Part shown: piece after piece, positions 20,101 to 29,175 of the stretch
How the letters are laid out: the number at the start of each line of letters is the position of its first letter
Position numbering within the stretch: the stretch's first letter is position 1
NCBI GenBank assembly: GCA_963749915.1
Contig: CAVVOP010000008.1
Coordinates: 512,001-576,000 of the forward strand
Direction: 5' to 3'
From: an uncultured cyanobacterium
GTDB taxonomy: Bacteria > Cyanobacteriota > Cyanobacteriia > Cyanobacteriales > Cyanobacteriaceae
Length of the DNA: 64,000 nt
Program-made: the position numbers and the translations under genes
The notes under the pieces: generated by a model
The model's database searches: none
Told to the model about the DNA's origin: nothing
The model's input: the letters and a program-made list of their open reading frames with translations, nothing else

Positions 20101-21530
20101 TGAGCTTGATTGCTCAGATAAGCCACAATGTACTCTTGCAAATTCGATAGAATATAGGCGACTAAGCATTTATCTCCAAGAACATCTTCTCTAACCAGGG
20201 CGATCGCTTCTTTGACTACGGGATGCTGTTCCAGAACTTTCTCAATTTCCTGCAGTTCAACGCGAAACCCCCGAATTTTCTCCTGATGATCAGCTCGACC
20301 CAGAAACTCTAAATTCCCATCCCTTCGGTAGCGAACTAAGTCACCGGTTTTATACAGGCGAATCTGATTCGTGTCATTAATGGCAAAATTAATAAATTGC
20401 TCCTGGGTGATCTCAGGACGATTTAAATAACCTCGGGCCAGTCCCCCTCCAGCAATGTGTAACTCCCCCTTACTTCCATGCTGGACATGCTTTCCCTCGG
20501 AATCGAGTATATATACTTGCAGATGGGGTAGGGGTTTGCCGATGGGCACCGAGGGATCGCCGAGAGGGACGGCGTTAGGTCCCGTCAAGTCACAGCAGGT
20601 CGCAATAACAGTTGATTCTGTGGGACCATAGGCATTGATAAGCCTGATCTGTGGATTGACAGACTGTTGCCATACTTTTAACCAATGAGGTATGGCCCGC
20701 TCCCCACCAATAAGAACTAAACGTAATAATTCCGGTAGCTTAAGCCTCGGTAGTTCCCCACAAATTTTGTGCCAGAAAGCGGTCGGTAAATCCAAAACGG
20801 TTATCCTTAAATCATCACAGCCTTTTAGAAAGACGGCAATAGATTGCAACATTTCCGGGGTACGAAGTACCAAGGTAGCTCCCTGGGTTAGAGTAATAAA
20901 GATTTCTTCAACAGCAGCATCAAAACTTATTGAGGAAAACTGGAGGACGCGATCTCCGGCAGAAACACCATATTCATAACTAGCAGACTGTACAAATTGT
21001 GAAAGTGCTTGGTGCTCAATCATCACCCCTTTGGGCCGACCTGTAGAACCAGACGTATAGATTACATAGGCCAGATGGTTGGGTTCACAGAGGGGCTCAG
21101 GATTCTCTGTTTTCTCTGCCATAATGGTATCCCAATCAGTATCGAAACAAAGCACTTGGGCAGAATGGCTGGGGAGGGTGGCAAGATAGCTTTGCTCTGT
21201 GAGTAATACAGAGACTTGAGTATCCTCAAGGATAAGGGCAATCCTTTCCCTAGGATAATAGGGGTCTAGGGGAACATAGGCTCCACCGGCTTTGAGAATC
21301 GCTAATAAAGCAATTATCTGATTGATCGATCGATCTAGACACAATCCCACGAGTGTCTCTGGTCCTACCTGCAACCGACGGAGGTAATGAGCGAGTGCAT
21401 TGGCACGCTGATTAAGTTCCTGATAGCTAAGTTGCTGATGCCCGAATGCAATCGCAGTGGTATTAGGGTTACGAGATACTTGCTCTTCAAACCACTTAGG
21501 GATACCATGATAATTTTTCTTTTTTTCCAT
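17181..21530 (-). CDS. Stand-alone single-module NRPS: adenylation (interrupted by methyltransferase) - PCP - terminal reductase
   Basis: A motifs YTSGSTGRPKG, NAYGPTE, YKTGD, KIRGFRVEL and NGKVDR. MT motifs VLEIGCGTG and LNSVIQYFP lie between A8 and A9. PCP motif FFELGGDSL. Reductase motifs TGTTGFIG and YAQSK. No C or TE domain. Confidence 0.93.
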   Translation of the reverse strand: MEKKKNYHGIPKWFEEQVSRNPNTTAIAFGHQQLSYQELNQRANALAHYLRRLQVGPETLVGLCLDRSINQIIALLAILKAGGAYVPLDPYYPRERIALILEDTQVSVLLTEQSYLATLPSHSAQVLCFDTDWDTIMAEKTENPEPLCEPNHLAYVIYTSGSTGRPKGVMIEHQALSQFVQSASYEYGVSAGDRVLQFSSISFDAAVEEIFITLTQGATLVLRTPEMLQSIAVFLKGCDDLRITVLDLPTAFWHKICGELPRLKLPELLRLVLIGGERAIPHWLKVWQQSVNPQIRLINAYGPTESTVIATCCDLTGPNAVPLGDPSVPIGKPLPHLQVYILDSEGKHVQHGSKGELHIAGGGLARGYLNRPEITQEQFINFAINDTNQIRLYKTGDLVRYRRDGNLEFLGRADHQEKIRGFRVELQEIEKVLEQHPVVKEAIALVREDVLGDKCLVAYILSNLQEYIVAYLSNQAQFDAEQINQWRLIHNDIRLNTVKSNWDKTFNISGWISSYTKELIGDVEMEEWVDNTIPRILELQPQRVLEIGCGTGLILFRIAPHCSSYLGTDFSQVALQYLEQQLEDPSLDLPQVTLERRIADNFQGIQPHSVDTVILNSVIQYFPSINYLFRVLEQCIQVVEPGGFIFIGDIRNYSLLEVFATAVELSQAADELATEELLKQIHYRVHREEELTIAPDFFWALPQALPQISQVQVLVKRGKFQNELTQFRYDVILQVGATPAPPVQISWLDWQEQNLTLAKVRQRLQDDNPLALGVVGVPNARVFGAVKALELLNGPNCPHSTGVLRRCLANIDLHQSVNPEDLWQLVQDMPYRVTLSWMGSRKDGAYTVLFEHKSAIPRGQSSGLRGQLPQKIEPKSPSGYYNHPLQIRVTRHLSGELRTYLKQQLPSYMLPSAFVFLDAFPVTPNGKVDRRALPKPYFTRVALDVPFVAPKTPLEQELADIWSKVLEINDIGVNDNFFELGGDSLRLMQLLSQIEDIYPNILSFNDFFSNPTIIGLVKQIGHSDTPSSSEPLRSAFGEGMTLEQLQSEANVEITLPASIPTPDVSCWTQPESIFLTGTTGFIGAFVLAELLQQTQANIYCLIRAQTPELAHQKLQGTFERYLPGFQLPKSRIFPVLGDLSHPLFALSEEKFNRLAAMIDVIYHIGANTNLLYPYQSLKAVNVGGTQSALELASRTKLKPLHYISTLDVFESLVATGVEIIHEKALPVQGSGITGGYAQSKWVAEQLVTSAGIKGLPICIYRPGMVTGHSQTGISNPEDLMCRFLRSLIELKSAPDLDVMLDLTPVDYVSKAIVYLSRQPVSLGKAFHLVNPQPMPLDNIVALLNSFGHSNSIKQVSYEEWKKTILRNHQNALNTLAPVLTESIGESYLTRLEIWLVGSKIFDCHNTTVGLDSSGISCPTINSPFIHWISRWTKRNNIRQKGNVTKSELV

Positions 21531-21754
21531 AAATTGTCAAGCATCCAAATTACTAATCGTAATAATTTCCTTTTTTCAAAATTTATGCCACTAGGAAATT
21601 ACTGAATATTCGATTTTTTAAAGATGCTTCTCTCAGTGAAAACACTGAAGCTGAAGGGTGACGACTATTCTAAAACCTTTAATCAGTAACAATTTTAGCC
21701 TTTGAGTTGACTATTAAAGCAACTAAAATTCTCTTCAGACCGATTATGATAAGT

Positions 21755-22384
21755 TTAATTATAAAAAGGAGTTAAATTCTGCCACTTATTTGCTTTTAAA
21801 TCTTTACTGTTTTGAGCTTCAAACAAGGCAATTTTTAGTAAGGTTTCGGTAGTAAAAGCTAATTTATCTGGTGCTTTAATTAACTTTAAATTATTGCCAA
21901 ATTTATCTTTATATTCGGTAAGTAGATATTGCCATTCTTCTACTTTAAATAATTGATCCGGTATTATATTTAATAACTCAGCCATAGATGATTGAAATTG
22001 ATAAATGGATCCAAAAACTTCTTTATTATTAGCCTTCATTTCTACTGCCAAAATTGGATGATGTAACTCTTTTTTTCCGTGATACCAAGCTAAAGACTCT
22101 AAGGTAGAAATACCAAAAACAGGGATATTTAACTGTTGGGCTAAAGTTTTGGCGGTAACGATCCCTATTCTTGTACTGGTAAAACTTCCGGGTCCTTTTG
22201 CTACGGCGATAAATTCTAAATCTTGCCATGATAAAGGAGGTAAAAATCCCCCTAGTTTTTCATGTAAATTATTGGCTAAATTTCGCCCCAAATCCCATGA
22301 ATTAAAACGGTATATATTTTGCCCATTAATAATAGCAATACCTAATTCCCCGCTAGTGGTGTGTAAGGCTAATCCTTGTTTCAT
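21755..22384 (-). CDS. tsaB: tRNA threonylcarbamoyladenosine biosynthesis protein TsaB
   Basis: LALHTT N-terminus; IAVAKGPGSFTSTRIG...AKTLAQQL motif. Confidence 0.92.
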   Translation of the reverse strand: MKQGLALHTTSGELGIAIINGQNIYRFNSWDLGRNLANNLHEKLGGFLPPLSWQDLEFIAVAKGPGSFTSTRIGIVTAKTLAQQLNIPVFGISTLESLAWYHGKKELHHPILAVEMKANNKEVFGSIYQFQSSMAELLNIIPDQLFKVEEWQYLLTEYKDKFGNNLKLIKAPDKLAFTTETLLKIALFEAQNSKDLKANKWQNLTPFYN

Positions 22385-22414
22385 TATTTTTATGGCGATT
22401 TGATTTCTGTTTTA

Positions 22415-23221
22415 TTATTCAGTTTGAAGGGGTTTATTTTCAGGAATAAGTTTATTCTGATTATTAAGTTTATTGATCAAATCCTGATTTTGTTGATTTA
22501 ATTTTTGAATTTCACTTTTAAATATTTGTATTTGTAATTGGATATCTTCATCTATTTCTTCTTGAGTTTTAACTTTTTCTGATAGTTGATCATACAATAT
22601 TTTTTGTTCATCTTTTAACGCCTTAATTTCATTAACTAATTCTTCCTTAAAACTCAGCAATTTTTTATCATTTTGAGAGAATAAATTAAGGGAAATATTA
22701 TTTGATAAAAAAAAGCCAATACCTGAACCAACCATGACTAAAACTAAGGCAATAAATCCCCATAATCGATATTTATAATTGTTAATAACACGATCTAATT
22801 TTGCCAACAATTTTAATGATTCTTGATCATCTGGTTGAATTTCTAAACACTGTTTTACTCTAAATTTAATTTGTTCTTCATCTTGTTTATTATGTTTTTT
22901 TTGCCATCTTCCTAAATAAGCATTAACTAACAAATGCAACATGGGTAAATTGAAAGGATTAAAAGCTAAAGCCTCCTCTAATTCTGCGATGGCATCATCC
23001 CAATAACAAAGGGTGACATAACCTTGTGCGCGAATAAAATGGGCTTGAGATTGTTTTTGTGCGGAATGAATTTCTGTATCACTAATACCCAATTCAGAAG
23101 CAATGGTTAATAATTCTTCACTGGTGGGAATTTTTTGTCCTAATTGACTCAATTCTGTTACCCTTTGAATATAAGTTTCAATCGCCTGATTGGGAGTAGA
23201 AGGGTTTTTATTTTCTGTCAT
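22415..23221 (-). CDS. Hypothetical membrane protein (TPR-like N-terminus, one TM helix, coiled-coil)
   Basis: WDDAIAELEEALAFNP TPR-like helix, hydrophobic segment and heptad-rich tail. Confidence 0.75.
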   Translation of the reverse strand: MTENKNPSTPNQAIETYIQRVTELSQLGQKIPTSEELLTIASELGISDTEIHSAQKQSQAHFIRAQGYVTLCYWDDAIAELEEALAFNPFNLPMLHLLVNAYLGRWQKKHNKQDEEQIKFRVKQCLEIQPDDQESLKLLAKLDRVINNYKYRLWGFIALVLVMVGSGIGFFLSNNISLNLFSQNDKKLLSFKEELVNEIKALKDEQKILYDQLSEKVKTQEEIDEDIQLQIQIFKSEIQKLNQQNQDLINKLNNQNKLIPENKPLQTE

Positions 23222-23293
23222 ATAAATTTAAAATATCATCAAAAATAACATTAAGTAGTCACATTAAATATAAACTTGCTTAATTAATAATTT

Positions 23294-23540
23294 TAACGGC
23301 TACTGATTTAAACCGGGACATTTTCGGTGAGGGGGGGTTTTAGGTATTAGAGGTATTTGTGTTAGGTTATAAGTTTTTTAGCTATTCTAAAGGTTGATAC
23401 CAGAATGAATCGTAATTTTTGACTAGTAAATCGAGTTTACTTCTTTTTTCTTGACCTAAAACCCAAAACCTAATACCTAATACCTAACACCTGATACCTT
23501 GTCTCAAGCAGTTTGTCCCGCCTTAAGTTGATAGCCGTTA
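23294..23540. mobile_element. MITE-like element (~245 bp) with 25-bp imperfect terminal inverted repeats
   Basis: acggctactgatttaaaccgggaca (23296-23320) matches the reverse complement of 23514-23538 at 19/25. TA flanks both ends; internal (A)ATACCTA repeats. Confidence 0.7.
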
Positions 23541-23604
23541 CATTCTATTTTTTAAAGGCTAGAGGTTAAAATATAGCAGTAAGTGCTTATAATTATCCCA
23601 GAGA

Positions 23605-26094
23605 ATGACTAACATTAACGATAAGACCCTTGATTGGCAGAGAATCGAGCAAGCCTTAACGGTAGAAAAAGAATATGGTTATCAAAATTTACAAGGGAGA
23701 CAACATCGCTTCAGTGAATTTTTATGGTTAACTTTTGGCAAAATTCCTCCAGTTAATAATTTATTAATTGCTTTTCGTTGGCAAAAAACTGCTAAACAAT
23801 TCGCCCTTTATCCTCAGTTAACTTTACAAGATAGAATCGATTTAATTAAGGATACCGAGGGATTAATCGCCGAAGTTCGGGAATTACAGACAAATCCAGG
23901 CAATTCCTATGATATAGCCGAAATATCTTCTCCTTATCGGATTAAAGGCTCTGACATTGCTAACTTTACTCCTTCCTCGACACCAAAAAAAATCACTTTA
24001 GATGAGTCCGTCACAAGTCTGACGACGATTATCTATCGACAAAAAGACTTACTAGCTAAATTAGGTATTAATACTGTTCGAGATTTATTGTTTTATTATC
24101 CCAGAGATCACATTGATTATGCCCGTCAAGTTAATATTTGTGACTTGGAACCAGGAGAAACTGTCACTATTATCGGCAAAGTGAAAAAATGTGATTGTTT
24201 TAGTAGTCCCAAAAATAAAAAGCTAACAATTCTGAATATTATTATCCGAGATCAAACAGGAGAGTTAAAAATTAGTCGTTTTTTCGCTGGGAATTTTTAC
24301 AGTAATCGGGGTTGGCAGGAAAAAATGAAGCGAGTGTATCAAACTGGTGCATTAATTGCCGCTTCGGGGTTGGTGAAGGGAAATAAATACGGTATCACCC
24401 TTGATAATCCTGAATTTGAGGTTTTAGACGGTCAAGGGGGTAATATTAATTCTCTCAAAATTGGGCGCCTATTGCCAGTTTATCCTCTAACCGAGGGCAT
24501 CCCCGCCGATGTTATTCGGAAAAGTGTCATGGAAGCTAATCTCGCCATAGAACAAATTGATGATCCTTTACCCGCCATCCTTAAACAACAGTATAGTTTA
24601 ATTGATTTACAAACTGCGATCGCTCAAATACACTATCCTGAAGATCAAGAAAAACTAGGTCAAGCCAGACGGAGACTGATATTTGACGAATTTTTCTATT
24701 TACAATTAGGATTTTTAGACCGTAGGCGGCAGGAAAAAGAAAGTCGTCAAGCCGTAGCATTTACCCCTCAAGGAAGACTAATTGAGGAATTTAACCACAT
24801 TTTACCTTTTAAGTTAACCAAGGCTCAACAACGGGTTATCAACGAAGTCGAGAAGGATTTACAGTCAGACTCTCCCATGAATCGCTTAGTACAAGGAGAT
24901 GTAGGTTCAGGAAAAACGATCGTAGCAGTATTTGCCCTATTAACCGCCTTACAATCAGGGTATCAGGGTGCATTGATGGCACCCACGGAAGTATTAGCAG
25001 AACAACATTATCGGAAGATAGTAGAGTGGTTTAATCTCCTGCATTTGCCGGTAGAATTGCTGACAGGGTCAACCAAAATGAGTAAACGTAGGAATATATA
25101 CGCCCAACTCGAAAGTGGTGAATTACCCCTATTAGTCGGTACTCATGCCTTAATTCAAGATCCTGTAAACTTTTGTAACTTAGGACTGGTTGTAATCGAT
25201 GAACAACATAGATTTGGAGTGCAACAACGGGGAAAATTATTGGCAAAAGGAAAAGCGCCCCATGTGTTAAGTATGACGGCAACCCCTATTCCTCGCACCC
25301 TTGCTTTAACCCTTCACGGGGATTTAGATGTCAGTCAAATTGATGAGTTGCCCCCCGGCAGGCAGGCAATTCAAACGACAGCTTTAACAGGCAGACAACG
25401 GCAAAATGCCTATGAATTAATTAAACGGGAAGTAGTACAAGGAAGACAGGCTTATGTCATTTTTCCAATGATTGAAGAATCCGAGAAATTAGACGTAAAA
25501 GCGGCAGTGGCCGAATATGAGAAATTCCGCGACAAAATTTTCCCTGAGTTTAACATTGGTTTGTTACATGGGCGAATGTCATCGGCGGATAAAGATGCGG
25601 CGTTGAATGCTTTTCGAGATAACGAAACCCAGATTATTGTCTCAACCACAGTTATTGAGGTAGGTGTAGATGTACCTAATGCTACAGTAATGTTGATTGA
25701 AAATGCCGAACGTTTTGGATTATCTCAATTACATCAGCTTAGGGGTAGGGTCGGGCGAGGTGGTCATAAATCTTATTGTTTGTTACTCAGTAGCAGTAAA
25801 ACAGGGGATGCGATGCAGAGATTAAGTGTTTTAGAACAATCACAAGATGGTTTCTTTATTTCCGAAATGGACTTAAGGTTAAGAGGACCGGGGGAAGTAT
25901 TAGGTAGTCGTCAATCGGGTTTACCAGATTTTGCCTTAGCAAGTTTAGTAGAAGATCAAGAGGTTTTAGTCTTGGCCAGGGAAGCTGCGGAAAAAATTTT
26001 ATTACAACACAAATATTTGAAAGAGACTTCTTCTTTAAAAGATGAATTAGAGAGACGTTATCAAAAGTTAATTGGTAGTCAAATTTTAACCTAA
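23605..26094 (+). CDS. recG: ATP-dependent DNA helicase RecG
   Basis: QGDVGSGKT, MAPTEVLAEQH, DEQHRFG and QLHQLRGRVGRG motifs. Confidence 0.97.
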   Translation: MTNINDKTLDWQRIEQALTVEKEYGYQNLQGRQHRFSEFLWLTFGKIPPVNNLLIAFRWQKTAKQFALYPQLTLQDRIDLIKDTEGLIAEVRELQTNPGNSYDIAEISSPYRIKGSDIANFTPSSTPKKITLDESVTSLTTIIYRQKDLLAKLGINTVRDLLFYYPRDHIDYARQVNICDLEPGETVTIIGKVKKCDCFSSPKNKKLTILNIIIRDQTGELKISRFFAGNFYSNRGWQEKMKRVYQTGALIAASGLVKGNKYGITLDNPEFEVLDGQGGNINSLKIGRLLPVYPLTEGIPADVIRKSVMEANLAIEQIDDPLPAILKQQYSLIDLQTAIAQIHYPEDQEKLGQARRRLIFDEFFYLQLGFLDRRRQEKESRQAVAFTPQGRLIEEFNHILPFKLTKAQQRVINEVEKDLQSDSPMNRLVQGDVGSGKTIVAVFALLTALQSGYQGALMAPTEVLAEQHYRKIVEWFNLLHLPVELLTGSTKMSKRRNIYAQLESGELPLLVGTHALIQDPVNFCNLGLVVIDEQHRFGVQQRGKLLAKGKAPHVLSMTATPIPRTLALTLHGDLDVSQIDELPPGRQAIQTTALTGRQRQNAYELIKREVVQGRQAYVIFPMIEESEKLDVKAAVAEYEKFRDKIFPEFNIGLLHGRMSSADKDAALNAFRDNETQIIVSTTVIEVGVDVPNATVMLIENAERFGLSQLHQLRGRVGRGGHKSYCLLLSSSKTGDAMQRLSVLEQSQDGFFISEMDLRLRGPGEVLGSRQSGLPDFALASLVEDQEVLVLAREAAEKILLQHKYLKETSSLKDELERRYQKLIGSQILT

Positions 26095-26176
26095 AAAGAT
26101 GTTTTTAAATTAATCTTTTTTCAATAGTTACAATTTTAAGTTAATCTTTAAAATACCAGAAACTTTAATAATATCA

Positions 26177-27919
26177 GTGATGGTCATTGAATATAATTTG
26201 CCTCATCAGCGTTGGAAATTTTACCCACAAAATCATAATTTAGTTAATGATTTAGTCCATGGTTTGGCATTATCCCCTATTGTGGCTCAGATAATTGTCA
26301 ATCGTGGTATTATCAACCTGGAAGAAGCTCAAGGTTATGTTGATCCTGAAATTATCAATTTACCTTCCCCTTTAATGGAATTTCCAGATTTATACAAAAG
26401 TATTGACATTTTAAAAAATGCCATCGCCTCCAACCAGAAAATAGCAATCTGTGGTGATTATGACGCTGATGGTATGACTAGCACCGCTTTACTCTTGAGA
26501 GGTTTAAAACATTTAGGGGCACAGGTGGATTATGCTATCCCTAGTCGCATGACAGATGGTTATGGTATCAATCGTCGTATTGTGGAAGAATTTAAGCTGG
26601 AAGGGGTAAGTTTAATTTTAACTGTTGATAATGGTATCTCAGCCTATGATGCCATCGTCAGGGCTAAAGAGTTAGACTTACAAGTAATTATCACCGATCA
26701 TCATGACTTACCGCCAAAATTACCCCCCGCCGATGCCATTTTAAACCCGAAATTATTGCCAGAAGATTCTCCTTATCGAAGTTTGGCAGGGGTTGGCGTT
26801 GCTTATGTTTTAGCTGTTACCCTTGCCCAAAATTTACACAAATTACAAGGTTTGACTAAACCCCTCCTAGAATTATATACCGTTGGGACGATCGCCGATC
26901 TAGCACCCTTAACGGGGGTAAATCGTCGTTGGTTAAAAAGAGGTTTAAAATTATTACCCAATTCCGACATTTTAGGCATCAAAGCCTTGAGTAAATTAGC
27001 AGAGGTTGATGGACAAAAAAAACTTTTAAATTCTGATGATATAGGCTTTAAAATAGGTCCTAGAATTAACGCCATTGGGCGAATAGATGATCCTCAAATT
27101 GTCATTGAACTACTCACGACAGAAGATGAAGAAATTGCCATAACAAGGGCAATGCAATGTAATTTAACTAATCAAACCCGTCAAAATTTATGTAAACAAA
27201 TTGAACAGGAAGCCATTAAAATAATCGAAGAAACTCCTTTACATTGGCAAGAAGATCGAGTGTTGTTGATTATTAATCATAATTGGCATCATGGAGTAAT
27301 CGGAATAGTCGCCTCCCGTTTAGTAGAAAGATATGGAGTCCCCGTTTTTATTGGTACTTACGAAGAAGAAAACGAAGATATTATAAGAGGTTCAGCTAGA
27401 GGAATCGAAGAATTTAATATTTTTTTAGCCCTACAGTATTGTGATGATTTATTAGGCAAATATGGAGGACATAAAGCGGCTGGAGGATTTAGTTTTCCTC
27501 GTGAAAATTTACCTTTAATTCATAAGCGTTTAACAGAATTTGCTCACCGATGTTTAAGACCAGAATATCTCAAGCCTTTGATAAAAATAGATACTAGTAT
27601 TAATTTTTCAGAAATTACCTTTAAATTATTGAAAGAAATAGATAGTTTATACCCTTGGGGTATCGAAAACAAAGTCCCAACTTTTTGCACATCAAAGGTG
27701 AGAATTAGCTACCAAAAATTAACTAAAACAGGCGAACATTTACAATTAACTTTGGCTGATGAAACGCAGAAATTAAGAGGAATAGCATGGGGTTGGTCTC
27801 ACTATTATCCCTTACCCCCAGTTGTTGATATCGCCTATCGACTCAAGGAAAATCAATGGAATGGAGACAAGTCAATTCAACTAGAAATTATTGGTGCAAG
27901 GGAATGTCAAGTCAGTTAA
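26177..27919 (+). CDS. recJ: Single-stranded-DNA-specific exonuclease RecJ
   Basis: GDYDADG, TVDNG, TDHH, GTIAD, PRINAIGR and GGHKAAGG motifs. Confidence 0.96.
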   Translation: MMVIEYNLPHQRWKFYPQNHNLVNDLVHGLALSPIVAQIIVNRGIINLEEAQGYVDPEIINLPSPLMEFPDLYKSIDILKNAIASNQKIAICGDYDADGMTSTALLLRGLKHLGAQVDYAIPSRMTDGYGINRRIVEEFKLEGVSLILTVDNGISAYDAIVRAKELDLQVIITDHHDLPPKLPPADAILNPKLLPEDSPYRSLAGVGVAYVLAVTLAQNLHKLQGLTKPLLELYTVGTIADLAPLTGVNRRWLKRGLKLLPNSDILGIKALSKLAEVDGQKKLLNSDDIGFKIGPRINAIGRIDDPQIVIELLTTEDEEIAITRAMQCNLTNQTRQNLCKQIEQEAIKIIEETPLHWQEDRVLLIINHNWHHGVIGIVASRLVERYGVPVFIGTYEEENEDIIRGSARGIEEFNIFLALQYCDDLLGKYGGHKAAGGFSFPRENLPLIHKRLTEFAHRCLRPEYLKPLIKIDTSINFSEITFKLLKEIDSLYPWGIENKVPTFCTSKVRISYQKLTKTGEHLQLTLADETQKLRGIAWGWSHYYPLPPVVDIAYRLKENQWNGDKSIQLEIIGARECQVS

Positions 27920-27976
27920 TTAAGATAACCAGAAAAAAGTTAAAGGCCATTAATAAATACAAATACACGTTAAAAG

Positions 27977-28026
27977 CTATTGACATTAATCTATCTATTA
28001 ATTATCATAGATTAACAAAAATCAAT
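27977..28026 (+). promoter_or_regulatory. ndhR promoter / probable NdhR operator
   Basis: TTGACA (27980-27985), 17 nt, TATCAT (28003-28008); 43/50 identical to the block upstream of ndhF3. Confidence 0.8.
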
Positions 28027-28045
28027 AGAAGAAGGAGGAAAATGT

Positions 28046-28945
28046 TTGATTCAAGCAACCTTACATCAGTTGAAAGTCTTTGAAACCACCGCACGTTTGG
28101 AGAGTTTTACCAAAGCGGCGGAAGAATTAGACATTACCCAACCAACGGTATCAAGTCAGGTTAAACAACTCACTAAAACCATTGGATTACCGTTATTTGA
28201 GCAAATTGGAAAGCAACTTTATCTCACAGAGGCAGGGAAAGCATTGTTGACTACTTGCCAGGATGTTTTTACCCAATTAGATAACTTTGAGATGAAAATT
28301 GCTGACTTTAAAGGCACAAAAGAAGGTAAATTGCGTTTATCCGTTATCACCACCGCCGCTTATTTTATCCCCCGTATCTTAGGCTCATTTTGTCAACTGT
28401 ATCCAGACATTGATGTTTCTTTGGAAGTAATTAACCATCACCAAATACAACAGAGAATATTGAGTAATCAAGATGATTTATATATTATGAGTCAACCACC
28501 AGAAGAAATTGATCTCAAAAGTCAATCCTTCATTGATAATCCATTAGTAGTCATCGCAAGAAAAGATAATCTTTTAGCTAATGAAAAGAATATACCTTTA
28601 GAAGATTTACAAGCCTATCCTTTCATTATGCGCGAATCGGGTTCAGGTACTCGAAAAGCCGTACAGAATTTGTTTCATAATCATAATATTAATGTAAAAG
28701 TACGTTTAGAATTAGGGAGTAATGAGGCGATTAAACAGGCTATTTTAGGTGGTTTAGGAATTTCTGTGTTGTCAAAACATACTTTGACTTCTGCTTGTCA
28801 TGAGGATTTAATTATCCTCGATGTGCAAAATTTCCCGATTCCTAGATACTGGTATATTTCCTATTTAGCCGGGAAACAATTATCGGTAATTGCCAAAACT
28901 TTTTTAGATTATTTGATTGATAGAACTCAACTTATGGAGGTTTAA
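28046..28945 (+). CDS. ndhR: LysR-type CCM repressor NdhR/CcmR
   Basis: QATLHQLKVFE HTH, MRESGSGTR and LELGSNEAIKQ; directly upstream of the ndhF3 operon; TTG start after GGAGG. Confidence 0.9.
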   Translation: MIQATLHQLKVFETTARLESFTKAAEELDITQPTVSSQVKQLTKTIGLPLFEQIGKQLYLTEAGKALLTTCQDVFTQLDNFEMKIADFKGTKEGKLRLSVITTAAYFIPRILGSFCQLYPDIDVSLEVINHHQIQQRILSNQDDLYIMSQPPEEIDLKSQSFIDNPLVVIARKDNLLANEKNIPLEDLQAYPFIMRESGSGTRKAVQNLFHNHNINVKVRLELGSNEAIKQAILGGLGISVLSKHTLTSACHEDLIILDVQNFPIPRYWYISYLAGKQLSVIAKTFLDYLIDRTQLMEV

Positions 28946-29043
28946 CCATGGCAATCTTACGGGGATGATAATCACTATGTCAACAAAATCTCAGAAAAGA
29001 TAAGTTAATCTGAACTGCACCATTTGATTTTTTTTCTGATCTA

Positions 29044-29093
29044 CTATTGACATTAGTCTATCTATTCACTATGGTAGATGTACAAAAATCAAT
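29044..29093 (+). promoter_or_regulatory. ndhF3 operon promoter / probable NdhR operator
   Basis: TTGACA (29047-29052), 17 nt, TATGGT (29070-29075); near-copy of the ndhR promoter block. Confidence 0.8.
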
Positions 29094-29175
29094 GATAATA
29101 GCTCATCAGATAATACTTTATGACGATGAATATAGCAATTATCCATTATCCATTATCCATTATCCATTGATAATC

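Noticed and set aside
29047..29175. N-terminal extension of NdhF3 in the ORF track
   Set aside because: Starts at the TTG of the -35 box and reads through an STRR; homology starts at ATG 29176.
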